From Eledone cirrhosa (lineage: Eukaryota): a stretch of 64,000 bases of DNA. The stretch's first letter is position 1; each line of letters begins with the position of its first letter. The notes beneath the pieces were generated by a model. It did no database searches and was not told where the DNA came from. It was given only the letters and a program-made list of their open reading frames with translations. The translations under genes were made by a program, and so were the position numbers. This document shows, piece by piece, positions 1 through 13,167 of the stretch. The DNA lies in assembly GCA_964016885.1 (NCBI GenBank), contig OZ024743.1:303738001-303802000 (forward strand). Direction: 5' to 3'.

Positions 1-329
1 AATATATTTTTTTCATACTCACACATATCAGTATAATCACACATACATGTGCGTATATATATAAATATACATATAACCACGAACACACAAACACACACAC
101 TCCCCCACTCACATTTATATATGTGGATATAAAATCATAAGCAAATAGAAATTAAGTCACTCACATAAACACACTGGTACACACATTTCAAGATCAAGAT
201 ACAGAAATTAGGTGGGAGGGGGGGGGAGGGGTCAGTATTAGACTGTCAGACCAGACAACCTTAATATAAATGTATCTATAAATTATGAAAAATAAAAAAA
301 TAAAAACAATAAAGTATAATACATATAAT

Positions 330-517
330 ATAATGTACGTACGCATACAGATATACATACACATACATACATGTACGCGCACATAGAGATATCTATACAT
401 ACATACATACACACATACCTATACTGTCATACACACACATACATTTACACGAACATACACATACACATATAAAAAGATATAAATACGGACACACACACGC
501 GCAACACATACATACAT

Positions 518-564
<47 letters not shown>

Positions 565-675
565 TATACACACACACGTAGACTCATATATATATATACA
601 TACACATACATACATTTATACACAAACATATATATCCCACACTCATACCACCATAAAAACACATACAAACATCCA

Positions 676-726
<51 letters not shown>

Positions 727-822
727 ACATACACACACGTACACACATATGTATATATACATACATATATACACACATACACATATATATATATCCACAC
801 ACACACATAAAATACAGACATG

Positions 823-857
<35 letters not shown>

Positions 858-951
858 CATTACTCTTATATATACACATAGTATATATACATACACAATC
901 TCACTTATACACATATACACATAAGTTATATTACAATAATAATAAAGAATA

Positions 952-982
<31 letters not shown>

Positions 983-1131
983 CATATATATACACACATA
1001 TACACATATACATACACACACATACACATACATACATACATACACATACATACATACACCTAAATATAAACATATATAAATACACACATACGAATAAAGA
1101 CATATATTCACACATAGACACCTATATACAC

Positions 1132-1180
<49 letters not shown>

Positions 1181-1195
1181 TACACATACATACAC

Positions 1196-1233
<38 letters not shown>

Positions 1234-1262
1234 GCACACACATACAGACACACATACACACT

Positions 1263-1297
<35 letters not shown>

Positions 1298-1800
1298 GTG
1301 TATGTGAGTGTGCGCCAATACATATATATATATATACACACACACATACAAACACACACAAACTCATACATATGCATACGCACACACACACACACATATA
1401 CCACATAGATACGAAAATAAACATATAAATAGAGAGACATACAAATATATACAGCATAATATAATTATATGCATACATATGCATACGCACACACACACAC
1501 ACATATACCACATAGATACGAAAATAAACATATAAATAGAGAGACATACAAATATATACAGAACCCATATACACGTACATACAAACACGCATATACATAT
1601 ATATATATATATACACACATATATATTCCTATATACAAGCATACACATACACACACATATATACATATACATACACATATACATATCACACATTCACATA
1701 CACGTACATATATAATACATATATATACATACATATACATATATATGTATGTACAATCATATATACACACTCAATCTTACATTCATATTTACATGCTCAT
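330..1800. repeat. Compound (CA)n/(TA)n low-complexity tract, probably within the long 3' region of the minus-strand PLE
   Basis: Continuous CA/TA dinucleotide repeats; the overlapping YI/CV-rich ORFs are artefacts. Confidence 0.9.
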
Positions 1801-2200
1801 ATATGTATTTTTATATTTAGAAATAAATACCAAAAAAACTATATAGATACCCATCTACACATATATTCATACATATACACTTACAAAAACAGATGATAAT
1901 AGTATGGGGGAAAGGGGGGGTTTGGAGAAGGGGATCAAAGTAAATATATGTTTCAAGAAACATATAATATTTTCCATATCTTAATTCAATGTATGTTCCT
2001 AACATATTTTCAGTGCTAGGAAATACGAAATCTATGCATCACAAAATAAAAAAGTATACTATTAATCATATGTCAACTAAACCAAAGATAGTCAACATAA
2101 TGATTTCCAAGGTGTAAATTAGTTAGGTTTATAATATTTGAGGCAGAATTATGAAGTCAAACAGTAGTAGATTATTAATTACATTATAACTAAATTAAAG

Positions 2201-2549
2201 TTAATAACGTTATGGTATCAATATTAGGAGATGAATAGGGAAAAGAAACCCAAATAAAAATAAAAATAAAATAAAGTATTACATCGGTAGTAGCATATAA
2301 ATTATATGTTAACTAAGTTAAAAATTATATATTTATTTCAATAGTATATGTTAATTAGTATATGTTAATTAGTATATGTTAATAACGTTATGGTATCAAT
2401 ATTAGGAGATGAATAGGGAAAAGAAACCCAAATAAAAATAAAAATAAAATAAAGTATTACATCGGTAGTAGCATATAAATTATATGTTAACTAAGTTAAA
2501 AATTATATATTTATTTCAATAGTATATGTTAATTAGTATATGTTAATTA
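2201..2549. repeat. Tandem duplication, ~178 bp period
   Basis: ttaataacgttatggtatcaatattaggagatg starts at both 2201 and 2379. Confidence 0.85.
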
Positions 2550-3314
2550 GGTATACAATACATAAAGCAGATATTGTATTTCATCAATAGCATAATATAA
2601 TTATATGCAAATAAAAATCAAAATTAATACGCACACATATACATATACATACACATACACATACCTATACATATACATACACATATATATATATATATAT
2701 ATACATATATATACACATACATACATATATAGTCACATAAATATACATACAGATACACGTAGAACACACACATATACATATACATATAGATATACATATC
2801 TTTTTCAAAAAACTTGCACAGAATATATTAACTAGGTATATATCCAAAAACACCTCCCATTCTATGATTACATGACATTCTGCAATTTGTCTGTACAATG
2901 ATACTAATTTTAAGCAAATTAAAGTTAAAATTAAAGTTTTAGGTTGATTAAAGCTAAAACCAAATAATAAATATATTTCCAAAATGTATATTAATTAGGT
3001 CAATAATACTAAAAATTCTTTCTCCGTCATAGGATACATGATATTATTTTGTTATATTTTATCTGTAAAAGAATTATAATAAAAAAAAAAAAATTATAAT
3101 AAAAGGTTAAACTAAATTAAAAAATTATAATAAAAGGTTAAAATAAGTTAAAATTAATCTATAAATTAAATTACTGAATATATATTAGTAATATTTAAAG
3201 GTTTTTCAAAATTAATGATTACATAATATTTTCTCATCTGTAATAAAATATTAATTAAATTAAATTTATAGGTTAACTAACATTTAAATTAAATTAAATT
3301 CTAGAATAATGTTA

Positions 3315-4050
3315 TTAATTAGGTTTATAATATTTAAATGTTTTTTTTAGTTTATGATTACACGATATAATTAATTCCTGTCTTTTATTTAATAAGATAT
3401 CCCTAGACTTCATTATTTCAAATAGTTCTTGGGAACATAATCTACATTCCTTTCTATTATTTTGATAAGGGGTGGCTCTTTTGAGCACACTCCAGGTCAA
3501 ATCATATTTTATATTTTTATTTTTATAACTATTGATTTTTTCTGCTAGAGATGTTGTATTAGCCAGTGCGGCATTTTTAAAGCTATGTTTGTGGGTATTA
3601 TATCTTGTCTTAAAATTGTTAGAGGTAGCTCCTATATATGAGCAAATAGAATCTTTAGTTTTAACATTACATTTATAGACTATGTTGTTAACAAGACAAT
3701 TCCCTTTTAATGGGCAGTTTGTTTTGTTTCTACAGTTACATCCTTTCGTTAATTCTGTATTTGAGGAGATATTATTGTTAATTTGATGTACTGGTGGTAT
3801 ACTTATAGTTTTCTTACATTTATATGCATTATATGCACTTATATTTTGTTTTATGTTATTTGTTGTAGAATATGAGAATTTAACTGTAGACCTATTTAAG
3901 ATTTGATGGTATTTGTGGTTTGGCGGGAAGTTTTTCTCAAGGATATAAAAAAATTTTTTAGCAATATTATCCTTAACTTGTAAATTAAAAGGAGCATTAT
4001 ACCAAGTAACTCGTCTATTACGGTTTCTATGTTGTTTATTATTTTTATTA
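3315..4050 (-). pseudogene. Penelope-like element (PLE-1), 5'-truncated, GIY-YIG endonuclease region
   Basis: Minus-strand translation RRVTWYNAPF ... CNCRNKTNCPLKGNCL ... SYIGATSNNFKTRYNTHKHSF ... CRLCSQE ... LNKRQELIISCNH; disrupted upstream. Confidence 0.9.
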
Positions 4051-4210
4051 TTTTTATATGTTGTATCATGATTTTTACTAGGAGGAATAATGTTAATGAT
4101 CTCACCACAACTATTTTTAGTTATATTTGTAGATTTAGGTGTTTTATCTTTTTTATTAGGAGTTTTATTATTAATATTTATTATAGTCTTATGATGAGTA
4201 GTTTTTTGAG

Positions 4211-4740
4211 GGTTATATGTATATTTATATATATACGCACATGTATGTGTGATTATACTGATATGTGTGAGTATGAAAAAAATATATTTATATGCTTGAC
4301 TCCATAAGTATCATTGCGTATCTTATCAGCGCATTAAGCTTACAGAGATATTAACCTTGAAATTTTTTATTTGCATCCATCTTTTTAGTATGCACATACA
4401 GATTATACACACATTATTGTAAAATGTGTGTGGGGTTTTACATGTATATACACACACCAAACTGCTTTTTAACCCTTTGTGTTTTCATTGGTCAATTTTG
4501 AACTGATATTTTGAATTGTTGTTATTATCAATAAATATACTTCATTATTTCTGAAGACGGCGTATATATGAGTTAGGTATGTATATTTAATCTTGATAAT
4601 TTGTATAATTTTGTATAATTTTGTACATAGATCTGTTAAATATGCATACCAATTATAACACATATATGCCCTAGAAACGATCGTTAAATAGTGAACTTTT
4701 TTTGTTTAATATAAGGAATTGTTTGTTCATTATTTGTTTA

Positions 4741-4745
<5 letters not shown>
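4211..4745 (+). mobile_element. Inverted pseudo-LTR of PLE-1
   Basis: 4211-4288 is the exact reverse complement of 1-78; carries an HHR; ends at a (TA)n tract. Confidence 0.75.
4541..4695 (+). ncRNA. Type I hammerhead ribozyme with very long stem II
   Basis: Stem I ttcattattt/aaatagtgaa; CTGAAGA at 4551; stem II base ggcgtatat/atatatgcc enclosing ~95 nt; GAAA; palindromic stem III ACGATCGT; UU cleavage site. Confidence 0.7.
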
Positions 4746-4787
<42 letters not shown>

Positions 4788-4859
4788 CGCCATGGCTAAC
4801 ATTGCAGAATGACCAATTCAACCCAGTGGTAAACCAATAGTTTTGAAGGTATATAAATG

Positions 4860-4890
<31 letters not shown>

Positions 4891-4924
4891 ATATATATAT
4901 ATATAGAGAGAGAGAGATATAGCT

Positions 4925-5102
4925 AGAGAGAGAGGAGGAGTCAGAACCCCGACGACTGAGTTCCGGCCATTTCGACAGGATGATCTAAACGCTAACCTTC
5001 GGGGTCCTGACTCTTTTCCTATCAGCAAACCTACTACCCTATGTATCGAATAATATGGTGTGTTACGGTCCACCTGTTTCCTTACCACACTTCCTTCGTT
5101 AT
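4925..5102 (-). mobile_element. Diverged copy of a ~200 bp hairpin-ended non-autonomous element
   Basis: Reverse complement resembles 5163-5357 (ataacgaagga..gtggtaaggaa..agggtagtag..ataggaa..gacccc..ggggt). Confidence 0.6.
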
Positions 5103-5162
5103 ATATATGTATATATGTATATATATATATACGTTAAATATATATATATATATATATGTATA

Positions 5163-5354
5163 TATAACGAAGGAATTGTGGTAAGGAACCAGATGCACCA
5201 TAACGCACGAATGTACTCAATACTTAGGGTAGTAGAGTGGGGAATAGGAACAAGTATGACCCCGCCGTCAGAGCTCAAGCCGTTTCGACGGCTATTTCGT
5301 TGAAATGGCCGTCGAAACGGCTTGACCTCTGTCGTCGGGGTCATACTTGTTCCC

Positions 5355-5357
<3 letters not shown>
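5163..5357 (+). mobile_element. ~200 bp non-autonomous element ending in a ~52 bp-arm hairpin, inserted in (TA)n
   Basis: Hairpin at 5247-5353; homologous copy at 59600-59800; both flanked by (TA)n. Confidence 0.7.
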
Positions 5358-5448
<91 letters not shown>

Positions 5449-5478
5449 AGATCAAAAGATGGTTAAAAGAGTTCCATG

Positions 5479-5549
5479 TATTTTATTATGCGCATTTCAA
5501 AAACAAATATCATCATGCAATAATATTTGTGTTTTCATCAAATTAAATA
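5479..5549 (-). ncRNA. Hammerhead motif in PLE-2 3' pLTR, core mutated (TTGATGA)
   Basis: Reverse-complement homologue of 9842-9912 with C3->U. Confidence 0.65.
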
Positions 5550-6491
5550 GGAAGACATGATATGAAGGTTAAAAAACACTTGTGAATAGTGCAGTTTTAA
5601 ATCAACATATAAAAAGTAGTTTTAGATTGATGTGTGATATTGGGAAAAACAATGGTGAGGGGGGTGGGGGTGGAAAGGATGAAAAAGAGGTGGAGATCAG
5701 AGTAAAAAGTGGAAGGGGAGTAGTATAATGAGGAAGGATGTGATAGGAGGAGAGATGGGTGATAGGGAGAGAGAGGTAGCTTTTATAACTGAGAAAAATA
5801 TATTGTTTTACATAGAGAGGTTAAAAAACCGTTGGAAGATAATGTATACATTAAAAGAATTTGAAAATTAACGAAGAGAAAAAAATAATGTAAAGTTAAG
5901 TTTTTTATATTGAAGGGTTTAATAATATGTGCGATGAAAAGAAAATGTTAATACGTATTAAAAATAATATTTAAGGGTTTAATAATATGCGCGATGGAAA
6001 AAATATTTTTAATATGTATTAAGAATAATATTTAAGGGTTTAATATGTGCGATGGAAAGAAAATGTTGATATGTATTATTGAAAAAACACAAGTAATGTA
6101 AGTAAGGATATATTGTGAGATGAGCATGAGTAAGTTAGATGAAAGGGAAAAAATAATGAATTGAGGATGAATAATCTAACGTCAAAAAAAATGTTTATGT
6201 TTACGAAGGTTTTTTCAAGGTGATATACAGTAAGAATATATTGTATTGTATAATAATTGTTTCAATGTTAGGCACAGTGAGAAAATGTACAGATTAGGGG
6301 TTAGAAATTAAAAGAATAAGAAAAGAAAAGGAAAAGGAAGAAAGGGAAGTGATAAATAGGAGTGATATAGAATGAGTAACAAGTATTATATAATGTATAA
6401 TAAATCACTTTGAAATAAGGTAGAAAGATGGCTATATTTTTAAAGATGTGCCTTTGAGAAAAGGTTTCTAAATTGATAAAGTTATTGGATA

Positions 6492-8840
6492 TTAGCTGTA
6501 TACTTTATGCAATGTTCTGTGGAATTTATGCAAGCAGAGAGAAAACAAGTCAGTGCGTCTATCTATTATAGAATCTAAATTATAAATAATGGTAAAGTTT
6601 TCATTTAGACCGAGATTACACGTCTTGGATAGAGAACAGTTCAAGTATAACGAAGCAGAAGAAAACTTTTTCCAAGATATGTTATATTTAATATTTTTGT
6701 CTTTCAAGGACCATATGAGTTCTGAGAGAGCCGTGTTGGTTCTTTTAAGTTGGTATTTAAAAGACTAATGATGATTATAAAGACGAGCTTTAAAGGAGGT
6801 GGAAGTGGAGCCAGAATAGGTGAAGGAATTGGTGTCAATTATAACTTTACATTCGTAGATTAAGTTTTTATCAAGACAATGGTTGTTGAGAGGACATTTA
6901 TTTTTAACAGGGCAATTGCAATTGCGATTAGAGAGATTATTAACGGGTGACCTAGTGTTATCTATAGAAGGAATTGGATTGGAGAAGTTATTTGTGATAG
7001 GAATAATAGTTTCTTGATTTAGAATGGGATTAAGAACATTTAGCGAAGTTGTGTTTGACGTTGTATTTGGGTTTGCAGAAATTAGCCTAGAGTTTACAAT
7101 GACGTCGGGAGTACTATTACTATTATTATGATATTCAGTGTTGGAAGGAAGAGATTTAGTATTTAGTATTTTATTGTTGTGTTTAGAGATAATGTTGGAA
7201 ATGTTGGAGGATGTCGAATAGGAACATTTTATAGTGTGTTTGTTAAATATGTTACTATATATATGAAAGGGAGGGAAGCATTTATTTAAGGCACTAAAGA
7301 ATAATTTAGGAATATTATTATTAATAGAGATGGAGAAAGGAGCATTATACCAGATTATGTTTTTGTCTCTAGGTCTTTTATTAAAGTTATTGGAATGATC
7401 ATGATTTATTATTCTACTGTAAGATCTTCTAGAATTGTGTTTCTTTACTATATTTGATTTTATCAGGATAGCCGGCTTTAGAAAGCGCGTTATTATAGTA
7501 ATTGGCGTTAGCATCAAATATATTTTTATTAGAAGATAGGTTAGATATTCTTTTTCCAATATTACTAACTATAGCATTCTTAATATTAGTGGGGTGTTTA
7601 GATCTAAAATTAACATAATTTAGGTTCTCATTGTTTTTATGGTAAGGGTAGTGTCAAGATTAAGAGATACATCCAAGAAATTAGCTAGTTTGATGCTGTT
7701 ATCAAATTCAATTTTTAAGTTATGTTGGTTAAAGAGGTTACGTATATTGTTCTTAATAATATTAAGGTTAACTATGTTGCAATTTAAGATATTAAAGAGT
7801 CCATTGTCACGATAAATTCCACCGCGAAATTGAGGAATTTTCCGACTCAAAGAGTTCAAAATAAAGATACCAATTAAATCTGTTAATTGGGATGAATCGG
7901 ATGCTCCCATTGTGATGTCGAAGTTGGTAGAAGTATCAGCTCTGGTCCAATATTAATTGTTGAATTCTAGGATGGTTTTACGTGCGGTGAGAATGATGTG
8001 AAGTTCATCTGTGGTGATGTCAGAATATTTAAATGCGAAATATTTAAATGTTGAGAAGTGAAGGCGAAATAGAAGTTTAGTAGCTGGCAATATCAAATTG
8101 AACACATTTTAGTTTGTTTTTATTATTCAATTTGTTGAACCAGCCAATCACTTCAGAAGTACCAAACCATAAATTTAAGTTCAAAGATGGCTTTACTAAC
8201 AATCCTCAGATCTCATTTAGAGGGGGCGATTTATCTAACAGGTAGTTCAGTACGAAAATTGTTTTTGTGATCCTTGAGATTTATCCTCGGAGTTCTTGGG
8301 AGGAATGGTTCGGTCTTTTTTCCGATGCCAAGTTTTGACATAATCTCAGAGGCTTCAAAGTTTATGGATTCTAAATTATCATGGTTGGTTTTACGATATT
8401 TTTTCATAAGTTCCTTTAGGATAAGGTTGTTATAGTTATCCTTGGAAATACCATATAAATTATTGGTTTTGTCAGAGTGGACTAAAACTTTTTTTGAGGA
8501 ATTTAGGTTTGAAATTGTGTTCCTGAGATTTACAAGGTGCTCTTGTCCTTTGTAAGGGTATCTCTTGAATTTAAGATGTTTTATAATTTTTGTTAACTCT
8601 TCGTCGAATTGCACTAGATTTTTGTTGGAAGGAGGATTTCTTCTAGAATTAAATAGATGATCGAGGAAGTTATGTTCTTTGATATAGAGGTTCCCTTTTA
8701 GGCGCTGGTCATAGAAATAAGCTATCCATCTAAGTCTTCTTACAAAGGAGTCAGTTTTTTTCGATTAGAAGTTTAGTGAATTCAGATTTACCAGGTATAG
8801 GAATGTCTTTAGTTGAATTGGTTATATTGTAATAATCCAT
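6492..8840 (-). pseudogene. PLE-2 polyprotein (reverse transcriptase + GIY-YIG), frameshifted
   Basis: MDYYNITNSTKDIPIP start; SDKTNNLY; LKDHKNNF; FDITMGASDS; GIYRDNGL (YRDD-like); FLDVSLNL; IIWYNAPF; CNCPVKNKCPL; YSGSTSTSFKARLYNH. Confidence 0.92.
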
Positions 8841-9841
8841 GTTGTAGAAGAAAAAAAGGTAAAGAACCATCAAAAGGTATCCAATATGAGAGTTAGCGCT
8901 CAACCGTTAAGGAGCAAATTAATGTAGGTGAGCTTTATTGTAGTACAATAAAGCAATGCAGTTATCGGATAAGAAGAACTCTACAATTTGTAGGACTGGA
9001 GTATACATCTTTAAAAATATACCCATCTTTCTACCTTATTTCAAAGTTATGTATTATACATTATATAATACTTGTTACTCATTCTATATCACTCCTATTT
9101 ATCACTTCCTTTTCTTCCTTTTCCTTTTCTTTTCTTTTTCTTTTAATTTCTAACCGCTAATCTGTACCTTTTCTCACTGTGCCTAACATTGAAACAATTA
9201 TAACACAATACAATAAATTCTTACTTTATATCACCTTGAAAAAATCCTTCGTAAACATCAACATTTTTTTTTTTTTACGTTAGATTATTCATCCTCAATT
9301 CATTATTATTTCCCTTTCATCTAACTTACTCATGCACATCTCACAATATATCCTTACTTACATTACTTGTGTTTTTTTAATAATACATATCAACATTTTC
9401 TTTCCATCGCACATATTATTAAACCCTTAAATATTATTCTTAATACATATTAACATTTTCTTTTCATCGTACATATTATTAAACCCTTCAATATACAAAC
9501 CTTAACTTTACGTTATTTTTTCTGTTCGTTAATTTTGAAATTCTTTTAATTTATACATTATCTTCCAACGGTTTTTCAACCTCTCTATGTAAAACAATAT
9601 AGTTTTCTCAGTTATAAAAGCTATCTCTCTCTCTCTCTATCACCCATCTCTCCTCCTATCTCATCCTTCCTCATTATACTACTCCCCCTCCACTTGTTAC
9701 TCTGATCTCCTCCTCTTTTTCATTCCCCCCCTCACAAATTTGTTTACCCGATATCACACGTCAATCTAAAACTACTTTTCATATGTTGATTTAAAACTGC
9801 ACTATTCACAAGCGTTTTTTAACCTTCATATCATGTCTTCC

Positions 9842-9912
9842 TATTTCATCTGATGAAAACACAAATATTATTGCATGATGATATTTGTTTTTGAAATGCG
9901 CATAATAAAATA
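9842..9912 (+). ncRNA. Minimal type I hammerhead ribozyme in the inverted pLTR of PLE-2
   Basis: tatttcat-CTGATGA(9850)-stem II acaaatatta/tgatatttgt-GAAA(9893)-palindrome ATGCGCAT-A-ataaaata. Confidence 0.8.
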
Positions 9913-10068
9913 CATGGAACTCTTTTAACCATATTTTGATCTTATATATTATGTATACCCCAGTCCTACAACCTGTAGAGTGCTTCCTATCCGATATCTG
10001 CATTGCTTTATTGTACTACAATAAAACTCACCTCCTACATATATATATAAATATATATACGTTAAGTA

Positions 10069-10165
<97 letters not shown>

Positions 10166-10249
10166 TAAATATATATATATATATATAGTAAAAAATTGAA
10201 TGGGAACAAAACAGAGAGGCAGTACGAACAAAGTTTTATTAGTTTCACG

Positions 10250-11270
10250 CTCTTGAGAGTGGGGTGGTGTGTGGGAAGAGAGTTCCAAGGGTGTGTAGGG
10301 GAGTGGTGGAGAGACATATAGAAAAAAAGGGGTGAGACAAAACGGTACAAATGAAATTAAATATAAAAGCATAATCAAAATAAAAATTAATTTGAAGTAA
10401 AACAAGTGGTGGAAGGGTGTTGGGTGTATGGGGGTGGTGGCGGGTGGAGTCGTTAGAGGGATGCGTGGTGTCCGAGCGGGGATGGCTGAAGGTGGTGTGT
10501 GTAGGTGTACGTGTGTGTGCGTGTGTGTGTATGTGAAAGTAAGAGTCGGGGGAAGAACGGGGTTGCATGTTCAGGAAAAGGTGTGTGTGGGGTGGGGTGT
10601 AGGTCGGTGTGTGTGTGCGTGTGTGGATAGGGAGGAGTCAGAGGGGTGTGGGCAGAGGATTCCGGAGTCTGAGTGTGTAAATATGTGGTGGTGCGCACGT
10701 GTGTGGTGTTTATACGTGTCGTCGATATAGGTGGCGTGTAGAAAAAAACATTGTGTTGGGTGTATGGCCATGGATGGGTGCCTGAGGTAGTTCCGTAGAG
10801 GATGTGGTGGGCTGCTGGGTAATTTCCGTGTGATGTGGTGTATTCTTGTGAGCGATGTCCAATGTGTGTAATCCGTGGTTGTGTTGGTCGGAAGAGGGGA
10901 GATGTGGGGTGCGCGCGCAACAGGAAGTGGTCAGAGGGTCAAGGCAGGAGGAGGGTTGTGTGTCTGTGTGTGCGGAGAGGTGGTCAGAGATTCAGCGCAT
11001 AGCAGCAGTCGGGGAGAATGGTAAGTGAAGAAAGTCGGGATGTCAGTGTGTGCGGAGGTGCGGTGGACGGGGAAGAGGATGGGTAGGTGTGACAGTTGGA
11101 GTGTGGAGGGGGTGTGTGTGTATTAATAGAGGTGTTAGTGGGATGTGTATGTGTGAGAAGGGTGTGGGTGGAGCGGGGATGGGGATGGGGAGAGACAGGT
11201 GTGGGGGCCGGTGGCGGGAGTGTAGTGTACTGGTGTGTGTGTGCGTGTTTGGATGAGTGTGTGTGTGATA
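10250..11270. repeat. G/GT-rich strand-asymmetric low-complexity segment
   Basis: Many GT repeats and G-runs on the + strand; ORFs are H/T/P or G/V/C biased. Confidence 0.6.
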
Positions 11271-11282
11271 TATATATATATA

Positions 11283-12104
11283 TCTGTATATATACAAAAT
11301 TAAGTATGTGTGTATGTCTGTGTATTACCTATAGGGGCCTACATCTTACGACCGATTTTCATGAAACTTTACAGGCTCATAGATTTGTCATCGCGGAGCG
11401 TTTTCAATATATCAGCGTATCGTTTTTTTTTTTATTCCGGGGTCATTCTGCAGACAACATTCGATAGGGAGTGTCATATTTTTTTAGGTATCGAAAAATA
11501 AGATTGTTGTTTCTAGCTCCCACATTTTGCCACCGATGTCGTTCAAATTTTAATCAAAATATAATTTATCATTGCACATCCTGTATTGGCTTTATACTTT
11601 GCATTTGTCTTTCAGGGACGGCGTGGCAGCCGCTTAAATATTTAAAAAATACCACTTTTAGACTCAAATTTCCACTCTTTCGGCTCTAGCTCCCACATTA
11701 ATCAACGTACTTTGTTCAAATTTTAGACTACACTAGATCAGGATTATTTCACGTGTTAATCTGCCTTTATATTTTGCATTTCTTGTTCAGGAACGGCGGG
11801 GCAGCCGCTTAAATATTAGAAAATACCAGCTTTTCGGTCAAATTTCCGCCTTTTCCTCTCTATAACCTTTTTTCGGCTCTATAACTTTTTTCAACCGATT
11901 TCATTCAAATTCGAAACTCCCTCCCCCAGCATTCCCCTTCGTCAGTCATCCGCGTTTCTCAGTGGTAGAGATCATCACCACCCTCCCCGCATGGCCTGTG
12001 TGTGGCCATAGATGAGTCATCGAGAAGTAGTCGCTAAGATCAACACCCTTTCATCAAAGCAAATATTACTTTACCTACCCAGGCAACGCTGAGTACTGTT
12101 GCTA

Positions 12105-12105
<1 letters not shown>
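11283..12105 (+). mobile_element. Non-autonomous Helitron (~820 bp)
   Basis: 5' TC after A; 3' subterminal hairpin cccaggcaacgctgag followed by CTAG|T; internal ~170 bp subrepeats; 3' end resembles that of the 19153 Helitron. Confidence 0.75.
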
Positions 12106-12155
<50 letters not shown>

Positions 12156-12744
12156 ATTTGAAAGTTTGTTTATTTTGGGTTTTCCAGAATCGTTGTGTGC
12201 CACCGGATGTCGTATGTCCTGTAGTCGTGATATAAAAAAAATGATTTTTCTCAATTGTTTCTCATGGGTATTAATACATCTAAAGGCATTTTCCTATTAT
12301 AGCGTGGTCTTACATATAAGTTTCGGGCGTACTTAGGTTCGGGTCGCTGATGGCCCGGGGTGTAATTTTGTTACTTTGTGTGGGTTGGGGTCTACGATTT
12401 TGGAACAAGTTCTGTGTGGGATGTGGTCTACGGATCGGCACCTGTTTGTTTCAGGGGGCACTCGCGCTTTTTCAATGGGGTTATAGTTTTGTCTGTGGAT
12501 TCTGGGATTATTCTCATAGTTTTTTTTCTGGGAGTATGTTTGATGTTTGTATCTTTTTTGTTGGTTGTTGTGAGAAAATCACAAACCCTCCATCTCAATT
12601 CTACTTTTGAAAAGCATAAGAAATATGAAAGCGGTAAAGGTAATAAATAAATATTCTTAATAAAACTCCAGATGCGTTTTAGATCTATTTTCCTCTTACT
12701 TTCACACATTGATCGCTCGTATACAGGAAACTGACTGGCCAGTG

Positions 12745-12842
12745 TGCTGATATGCAAATTTGGATGATCAGTGGATCTGCTAATATGCAGATCTGACAGA
12801 TCAGCCAGTCTGCTAATATGCAAATCAGGCTGATCAGTCACT
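12745..12842. repeat. Three ~33 bp tandem repeats containing ATGCAAAT/ATGCAGAT
   Basis: ctgctaatatgca(a/g)at... repeated; gives the DLHIS repeat in ORF 12428-12841. Confidence 0.6.
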
Positions 12843-13167
12843 GTATATTTTAGAAAATATCATATATGTTCACTAGCTCTGACAGTGTGCAGGTGAACAA
12901 TGATTAAGCGTAATACCCAGACACATTAGTGTCAGCAGATGTGTTTACATGCCAACACGGGAGCAAGAATTATGGGCTCATTCTACTGACAGCTTTAACA
13001 ATGAGGATTGTTTGCATTATTACAAACGAATCGAATATTATTTTTCATATTCCAAAATCTCAGATTATATTTATATGTATATATATATATAAGCTGAAAA
13101 AAAATGAAAACGAAATTTCATTTCTCACTCTTAGTATGGCACTTACTTAAATCTGGCAGATGGGTAA

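Larger units (their letters stand above)
5443..10040 (-). mobile_element. Near full-length Penelope-like element (PLE-2) with 3' pLTR and inverted 5' pLTR
   Basis: 5443-6450 is an inverted copy of ~9005-9950, and 8922-9009 is an inverted copy of 9951-10040; RT+EN pseudo-ORF lies between; both ends in TA-rich tracts. Confidence 0.9.

Noticed and set aside
194-1846. Many ORFs rich in YI/CV/HT (also at 14.6-15 kb, 22.2 kb, 34.5-37.6 kb, 58.7-59.9 kb)
   Set aside because: Translations of stop-free dinucleotide microsatellites
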